NCBI GenBank assembly: GCA_963707205.1
Contig: CAVPQE010000035.1
Location: forward strand, 8,164-72,163
Source: an uncultured Acidobacteriaceae bacterium
GTDB taxonomy: Bacteria > Acidobacteriota > Terriglobia > Terriglobales > Acidobacteriaceae
Direction: 5' to 3'
Length of the DNA stretch: 64,000 nt
The translations under genes and the position numbers were made by a program. Numbering within the stretch: the stretch's first letter is position 1; every line of letters starts with the position of its first letter. Shown piece after piece: positions 58,364 through 64,000 of this stretch. The notes beneath the pieces were generated by a model, which made no database searches, was not told the origin of the DNA, and saw nothing but the letters and a program-made list of their open reading frames with translations.

Positions 58364-61216
58364 ATGAGTCATGAGTTCAAACGGGACGGAAGTCATCTCG
58401 CATATTGTCCGCCGGTGGAGAAGTGGGATGACTGGGTTGAGCTCGATCCCGAGGCGTGGCCGCGGCGCGTCGAGAAGCATTATTCGCTGGTTCCGACAGT
58501 CTGTTTCAATTGCGAATCGGCGTGCGGGCTGCTGGCATACGTCGACAAAGAAACCGGGCAGGTCGCGAAGTTCGAGGGCAATCCGATGCATCCGGCGAGC
58601 CGAGGGCGGCTTTGTGCCAAGGGGCCGGCGACTATCAATCAGATTCACGATCCGGATCGCGTGCTTTATCCGATGAAGCGCAGCGGGGCGCGCGGAGCAG
58701 GGAAGTGGACGCGCACTTCTTGGGAGGAAGTGCTGGAGACGTTCGGCACACGGATTCGCAAGGCGTTTCAGCAAGGGCGTGGAGAAGAAGTCATGTACCA
58801 TGTGGGACGCCCGGGCCACGACTTCATCATGGAGCGGACGCTGCAGGCGTGGGGGATCGACGGGCACAACTCGCATACCAACGTTTGTTCGTCGTCCGCG
58901 CGTCTCGGATATTTGCTGTGGCACTATGCAGACCGGCCATCGCCTGATCACGCGAACGCGCGCTTCATTCTTTTACTTTCGGCGCATCTGGAGTCGGGAC
59001 ATTATTTCAATCCGCACGCGCAGCGGATCATCGATGGAAAAATGGCCGGGGCAAAACTCGCCGTGATGGATCCGCGGCTCTCGAACACGGCGAGCATGGC
59101 CGACTACTGGATGCCGACTTATCCCGGAACGGAAGCGGCCGTTCTGCTTGCGATGGCGAGGGTGATTCTCGACGAGAACCGTTTCGACGCCACGTTCGTG
59201 AGGAACTGGACGAACTGGGAAGAATTGGAGGTCGATGGCTTCAAGGCGAAGGGCCAGAGTTTTGAGGCGCTCATCGAAGCCTTGAAGAAACACTACGCGC
59301 GGTTCACACCGCAGTTTGCCGAGAAGGAAAGCGGAGTCAAAGCGGACATCATCGTCAAGACCGCGCGCGAGATCGCGACCGCGGGAAGCCGCTTTGCGTC
59401 GCACCTTTGGCGCGGGAGCGCTTCTGGCAATTTGGGGGGATGGCAGCCGGCGCGGGCCTTGATGCTGTTACACGTGCTGACCGCGTCGGTGGGCACCGAA
59501 GGCGGACACAATCTGAACGCGTGGAATAAGTTTGTGCCGAAGACATTTAAGGTTCCGCCGCCGCAGAAGCGTTGGAATGAATTGCTCTATCCGCGGGAGT
59601 GGCCCTTGTGCACGCACGAAATGTCGTTCCTGCTGCCGCATTTTCTGAAGGAAGGGCGAGGGCGCATCGAGGCGTACTTCACGCGCGTGTTCAATCCGGT
59701 GTGGACTTATCCGGATGGCTTTTCCTGGATCGAGATGCTGCGCGACGAAGAAAAAGTCGGGCTGCACGCGGCCCTGACTCCGACTTGGAGCGAGACCGCG
59801 TGGTTCGCCGACTACGTTTTGCCCATGGGCTTCAGTTCCGAGCGTCACGATTTGATGAGCCAGGAATCGTATGCCGGGAAGTGGATTGGGTTTCGACAGC
59901 CGGTGAATCGTGTGCTGCGCGAAAGGAGCGGAGAGAAATTCGAGTACACGTATCAGGCGAATCCCGGCGAGGTGTGGGAAGAGGATGAGTTTTGGATCAA
60001 CTTGTCATGGGCAATTGATCCCGATGGTGCGATGGGCATTCGGGAGTATTTCGAATCGCCCTACCAGCCAGGGCAGAAGCTCACGGTGGACGAATACTAC
60101 GGGTGGATGTTCGAGAACTCTGTCCCCGGCCTGCCCGAAACCGCCGCGAAAGAAGGGCTCACGCCATTGCAGTACATGCGCAAATATGGGGCCTTCGAGG
60201 TGACGCGGGACGTGTACAAGCAGAATGAGAAGCCGGTGGCGGCGGCCGATCTGGTGGGCTCCACAGTCGAGCCGAACGGAGTCGTCACGAAAGAAGGGAA
60301 GCCGGTTGGCGTGATGGTCGAAGACCAGCCGGTCGTCGGCTACAACACTCCGTCGCGCAAGCTGGAGCTGTTTTCGAAAACCATGGCTGACTGGAAGTGG
60401 CCAGAGTTCACACTGCCGGAATACTACCGCAGCCACATTCATCGGTCGGCGCAGGCGGCTTCGTTGGGACAACCCGAGGAAGATTTCGATCCGAAATACA
60501 CGCCGGTCGTCGAGTGGCCGAAGGATGCGCGTGGCGAGGTTTACACGCTGCTGCCGATTTTTCGCTTGCCGAATCTTATTCATACACGCTCGGGCAATGC
60601 CAAGTTTCTGTACGAGATTTCCCACAAGAATCCTCTGTGGGTGAATCCGGTGGACACGAAGAAACTGGGCGGAGTACGTACCGGCGATCTCATGAAAGTT
60701 CACACTGAGATTGGCTACTTCGTACTCCACGCCTGGGTGACCGAAGGGCTGACGCCGGGGGTCGTCGCTTGCTCTCACCATCTCGGGCGTTGGCGCATTA
60801 ATAAAGAGGATCAGGTGGAGCGCATGTCGAGCGCGTGGGTCGATCTGAAGGAAGTCGGCAAAGGGCAGTGGAAGATGCGGCAACTCGAAGGCGTCTCGCC
60901 CTACGAGAGCGCCGATCCGGAGACGAAGCGCGTGTGGTGGAGCGATGCTGGCGTGCATCAGGACATCACGTTCCCGGTGCACCCTGACCCGATCAGCGGC
61001 ATGCACTGCTGGCATCAGATGGTGCGCGTGGAAAGAGCTGGGCCGGACGACCGATATGGCGACATTTTTGTGGACACGAATCTTTCGTTTGCGGTTTATC
61101 AGAGGTGGAAGGCGTTGACGCGTCCCGCACCGGGACCCGGTGGGTTACGGCGGCCGCTGTGGATTCCGCGGGTGGTACGGCCCGAAGAAGCTGCGTACTA
61201 CATCAAGAAGCCGTAA
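58364..61216 (+). CDS. molybdopterin (bis-MGD) oxidoreductase catalytic subunit, no Tat signal
   Basis: Start moved to MSHEFKRDG (58364); 950 aa. N-terminal CFNCESACG...RLCAKG 4Fe-4S motif, candidate Mo ligand in HTNVCSSSARLG, C-terminal beta-barrel domain. Confidence 0.85.
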   Translation: MSHEFKRDGSHLAYCPPVEKWDDWVELDPEAWPRRVEKHYSLVPTVCFNCESACGLLAYVDKETGQVAKFEGNPMHPASRGRLCAKGPATINQIHDPDRVLYPMKRSGARGAGKWTRTSWEEVLETFGTRIRKAFQQGRGEEVMYHVGRPGHDFIMERTLQAWGIDGHNSHTNVCSSSARLGYLLWHYADRPSPDHANARFILLLSAHLESGHYFNPHAQRIIDGKMAGAKLAVMDPRLSNTASMADYWMPTYPGTEAAVLLAMARVILDENRFDATFVRNWTNWEELEVDGFKAKGQSFEALIEALKKHYARFTPQFAEKESGVKADIIVKTAREIATAGSRFASHLWRGSASGNLGGWQPARALMLLHVLTASVGTEGGHNLNAWNKFVPKTFKVPPPQKRWNELLYPREWPLCTHEMSFLLPHFLKEGRGRIEAYFTRVFNPVWTYPDGFSWIEMLRDEEKVGLHAALTPTWSETAWFADYVLPMGFSSERHDLMSQESYAGKWIGFRQPVNRVLRERSGEKFEYTYQANPGEVWEEDEFWINLSWAIDPDGAMGIREYFESPYQPGQKLTVDEYYGWMFENSVPGLPETAAKEGLTPLQYMRKYGAFEVTRDVYKQNEKPVAAADLVGSTVEPNGVVTKEGKPVGVMVEDQPVVGYNTPSRKLELFSKTMADWKWPEFTLPEYYRSHIHRSAQAASLGQPEEDFDPKYTPVVEWPKDARGEVYTLLPIFRLPNLIHTRSGNAKFLYEISHKNPLWVNPVDTKKLGGVRTGDLMKVHTEIGYFVLHAWVTEGLTPGVVACSHHLGRWRINKEDQVERMSSAWVDLKEVGKGQWKMRQLEGVSPYESADPETKRVWWSDAGVHQDITFPVHPDPISGMHCWHQMVRVERAGPDDRYGDIFVDTNLSFAVYQRWKALTRPAPGPGGLRRPLWIPRVVRPEEAAYYIKKP

Positions 61217-61289
61217 GTAGCACGGCGTTGTGCCCGCGCTGCGTGGGTGGCGGTGAGACGCCGCCACGACAGCTGCCGGGACGGCGGCG

Positions 61290-62759
61290 CTACTTCCGAG
61301 ATTCCTTGTCGAGCGGCAGGCTGAACGAGAATACTGAGCCGCTGCCTAATTGGCTGACCACACCGATCGTGCCGCCGTGGGCTTCCACGATTACTTTTGC
61401 GATGGCCAGGCCCATGCCCGTGCCAGGCGCCGAGTAACGCTGGTGTTGGCCGCGATAGAATTTTTCGAAGATCAGCGACTGCTCGAACGAATCGATGCCG
61501 GGTCCGCGGTCGGCAACACTGGTCACGAGACGGTCGCCCTTTACCTCGCTGGTCACTTTGATCGGCACGCCAGGGCCGGAATACTTCCCGGCATTTTCCA
61601 GAAGGTGCATCAGCACTTCACGAATGCGCGGCAGATCCATGCGCGCTTTCGGCAGGTCGGCAGCGACCATAACCTCTACGGGATGATTTTCCAGCGAGGC
61701 TTTCGCGTCCTGCAGAGCCAGTTCGAGCGCCTCCCCGATCGAATGAGGCTGCAAATCGAGCTTAAACATTCCGGAATCAAGTTGCGCCATCTCCGCGGCT
61801 TCGCCTACCAGACGGTTGAGGCGGTCAGTCTCTTCGTCGATGACGGTCAGCAATTCGCGTCTGCCTTGGTCGTCGAGGGTAGCGCCCGACAATAAAGTCG
61901 TAACGCTGGCCTTGACGGAGGTCAGTGGAGTACGGAATTCATGCGTGACGGAATCGAGCAAGGCGCTTCGCAGGCGCTCATGTTCCTGTTCGGCGCGGTT
62001 CTTGCTGAGCGCTTCCAAGGCGCGGGCGCGCTCGATGGCCAGACCCGCCAGGCTTCCCAGAGCATCGAGAGTCTCTCTCGAAAGCGCATCTCCCGTGACG
62101 CTCAAAGCTCCTACCGTGCGCATTCCGAGGCGCAGAGGTACGTACGATACGCCTCCCTGCGTGATGGGTTCACCGCGCAAGAGGGTGGAGCGCAGTACGC
62201 TTTCTTCGAATTTGGCATCGAGCGATGAGCGGTAGACGGTTGGGTGGTCCGCGGCCATGACGGCGACGCTGCCCACAGAAAACGTTTCTTGGACATAGGC
62301 CGGGAGAGCATTCAGCAGTTCGAGAACGTTCTCTGAAGCCAACAACCGCTGGCTCAGGGCGAAAAGTCGCTCCACTTCGCGGCGGCGTTGTTTCGCTCCT
62401 TCTGCCTCGCGACGGGCGCGTTCCGCCAGGTTGCTGGCCACGAGCGCGGTCACCAGGAAGGCAAACAGCGCAACCCAATTCTGCGGGTCGGCAATGGTGA
62501 ACGTTCCGATCGGAGGCAGGAAGAAAAAATTGAAGGCCGCAGTGGCGCCCACAGCCATCACCACCGCGTAGCGCAATCCCCAGTAGGCCGAGGTCAGCAG
62601 CACCATCACCAGGAACATCAACGCAACGGTCGTGTGATTGACGTGCAGCTTGAAATCGACTGCCGTGATCACGCCGATAGCGGCAATTACAAGTGCATAG
62701 CGTACCGCCTGCGTCCGAGGCCCGGTTTTCACACAGGCATTGTACGATGGACGTGACAA
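61290..62759 (-). CDS. kdpD: KdpD-type sensor histidine kinase, membrane plus kinase half only
   Basis: 489 aa. DUF4118-like 4-TM region, GAF-like linker, HisKA (SVTHEFRTPLTS) and HATPase_c (GLGLAIAK). Start is uncertain (TTG 62759 or GTG 62732). Confidence 0.85.
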   Translation of the reverse strand: MSRPSYNACVKTGPRTQAVRYALVIAAIGVITAVDFKLHVNHTTVALMFLVMVLLTSAYWGLRYAVVMAVGATAAFNFFFLPPIGTFTIADPQNWVALFAFLVTALVASNLAERARREAEGAKQRRREVERLFALSQRLLASENVLELLNALPAYVQETFSVGSVAVMAADHPTVYRSSLDAKFEESVLRSTLLRGEPITQGGVSYVPLRLGMRTVGALSVTGDALSRETLDALGSLAGLAIERARALEALSKNRAEQEHERLRSALLDSVTHEFRTPLTSVKASVTTLLSGATLDDQGRRELLTVIDEETDRLNRLVGEAAEMAQLDSGMFKLDLQPHSIGEALELALQDAKASLENHPVEVMVAADLPKARMDLPRIREVLMHLLENAGKYSGPGVPIKVTSEVKGDRLVTSVADRGPGIDSFEQSLIFEKFYRGQHQRYSAPGTGMGLAIAKVIVEAHGGTIGVVSQLGSGSVFSFSLPLDKESRK

Positions 62760-62788
62760 TTCCGACGCGGGGAAAGAGAATAGCTGCG

Positions 62789-63910
62789 ATGACCAAGACT
62801 CCCGAGGAGTGGCTGAACGAGGTTTCGTCGGAAAAGCCGCGTGGAATCTTCAAGCTCTTTCTCGGCTACGCGCCCGGGGTTGGCAAGACGTACAACATGC
62901 TGAGCGAGGCCATCCGCCGTGCCAGCCGCGGAGAAGACGTGGTCGTTGGCGTAGTGGAGAGCCATGGCCGCAAGGCGACCGCCGAACTGACCGGCAAACT
63001 CGAACGCGTACCGCCCCGGAAGCTCGAATACAAAGGCACAACTTTTGAAGAAATGGATGTGGACGCGATTCTTGCCCGCAAACCGGCGGTCGTGGTGGTC
63101 GACGAGTTGGCCCATACCAACATCGAGGGCAGCAAGCACGCCAAGCGGTATGAGGACGTCATGGAGCTGTTGGAGGCCAAGATCGATGTGCTCTCCACCA
63201 TGAACGTGCAGCACGTCGAGAGCGTCGGGCCGACCGTGCAGCAGATCACGGGCGTGCAGGTTCGAGAAACAGTTCCCGACTGGGTGATGCAGCGGGTGGA
63301 CGAAATCGTTCTCGCCGATTTGACGCCTCAGGCGCTGCAGAAACGTATGCAGCGCGGCGATATTTATCCCGTAGACCGCGCTCAGCGCGCGCTCTCGCAT
63401 TTCTTTCGGCCCGGCAATCTGATCGCATTGCGCGAACTGGCGCTGCGGCAGGTCACGGGAGTCGTTGACCGCAGTCTCGATGCATTTCTGGAAAAGGACG
63501 GGACGCAGCCGGCGCATACGGTGCGCGAGCGCATCGGCGTTTGTGTCAGTTCGAATCCCGCGGCACAGTATCTGATCGCCCGTGGCTCGCGCATGGCCGA
63601 GGCTATGGGCGGCGAGTTCTACGTTTTCTATGTTGATGTCGGCCGCGATACACGTCCGGAGGATCAGAAGACCTTGGCGGAGAACATTCGCTTCGCGGAG
63701 AATCTTGGGGCACGAGTGGTGCGCGGCTCCGGTCGTAGCATCGCAGATGGTCTTGCCCAACTGGTGCGCGAACACCACATAACGCAGGTAATCTTCGGGC
63801 GATCCGCGCGCACCGGCTGGCAACGATATCTATATTTATCGGCCATCCAGCGGTTTCTCCGCGAATCTCCCTCCGTCGATGTCCACATCGTTACCCAGGA
63901 GGCACACTGA
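62789..63910 (+). CDS. KdpD N-terminal sensor domain plus Usp domain as a separate protein
   Basis: Start at MTKTPEEW (62789); 373 aa. GIFKLFLGYAPGVGKTYNML P-loop typical of the KdpD N-terminal domain, then a Usp-like half (FYVFYVD...). Confidence 0.85.
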   Translation: MTKTPEEWLNEVSSEKPRGIFKLFLGYAPGVGKTYNMLSEAIRRASRGEDVVVGVVESHGRKATAELTGKLERVPPRKLEYKGTTFEEMDVDAILARKPAVVVVDELAHTNIEGSKHAKRYEDVMELLEAKIDVLSTMNVQHVESVGPTVQQITGVQVRETVPDWVMQRVDEIVLADLTPQALQKRMQRGDIYPVDRAQRALSHFFRPGNLIALRELALRQVTGVVDRSLDAFLEKDGTQPAHTVRERIGVCVSSNPAAQYLIARGSRMAEAMGGEFYVFYVDVGRDTRPEDQKTLAENIRFAENLGARVVRGSGRSIADGLAQLVREHHITQVIFGRSARTGWQRYLYLSAIQRFLRESPSVDVHIVTQEAH

Positions 63911-64000
63911 TGGCGGACCGGCCTCACATTCTCGTGGTGGATGACGAGCCGCAGATCACGCGCGTGCTGCGTACCAGTTTGTCGGCGCAAGGGTATGACA
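63910..64000 (+). CDS. kdpE: OmpR-family response regulator (KdpE-like), N-terminal part, runs off window
   Basis: MADRPHILVVDDEPQITRVLRTSLSAQGYD receiver-domain start. The ATG overlaps the upstream TGA by 1 nt. Confidence 0.7.
   Translation, partial: MADRPHILVVDDEPQITRVLRTSLSAQGYD

Noticed and set aside
61247-61267. Hairpin GTGGCGG-N7-CCGCCAC between the convergent Mo-enzyme and kdpD-kinase genes
   Set aside because: A plausible bidirectional terminator stem, but there is no flanking T- or A-run. Not annotated as a feature.

Overview
Gene-dense, high-GC (roughly 60% by eye) bacterial chromosomal window with about 60 protein-coding genes. I recognised no rRNA, tRNA, CRISPR array, transposase or integrase. 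Gene content and the short intergenic repeat families suggest an Acidobacteriota/Terriglobia-like genome, but that is inference only. Blocks in order: (1) a Cu(I) P-type ATPase. (2) A minus-strand run of DUF2934-Hsp20 fusion, exported protein, OsmC and a group-3b-type NiFe hydrogenase (hyhB, stand-alone cNMP-binding protein, hyhG, hyhS, hyhL, protease). (3) A carbamoyl-phosphate cluster: COG2403 P-loop protein, ornithine carbamoyltransferase, carbamate kinase and an atypical ATCase-like transcarbamylase, followed by a doubly frameshifted ornithine aminotransferase. (4) A decayed stretch with gene fragments, then GalT-like and EF-P-like genes. (5) An iron-uptake-type operon: FTR1::DUF2318 fusion, two FtsX permeases, an ABC ATPase fused to a DtxR-like domain, and murI. 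(6) uvrA, an aa3-type cytochrome oxidase operon, and a large BNR/sortilin-like exported protein. (7) pdxS and pdxT, separated by a ParDE cassette and a frameshifted DUF1223 gene. (8) An RNase II-family protein, a GlmS-like SIS protein and a decayed MFS sugar porter. (9) A molybdopterin oxidoreductase with a fused FeS-NrfD subunit. (10) A split, divergently arranged KdpD with KdpE. Two non-genic signals stand out. Several intergenic arrays have strict 7-nt periodicity and share hairpin repeats. At least seven single-nucleotide frameshifts and one nonsense codon are concentrated in five genes. All family calls come from motif recognition by eye in the supplied translations; no searches were run.
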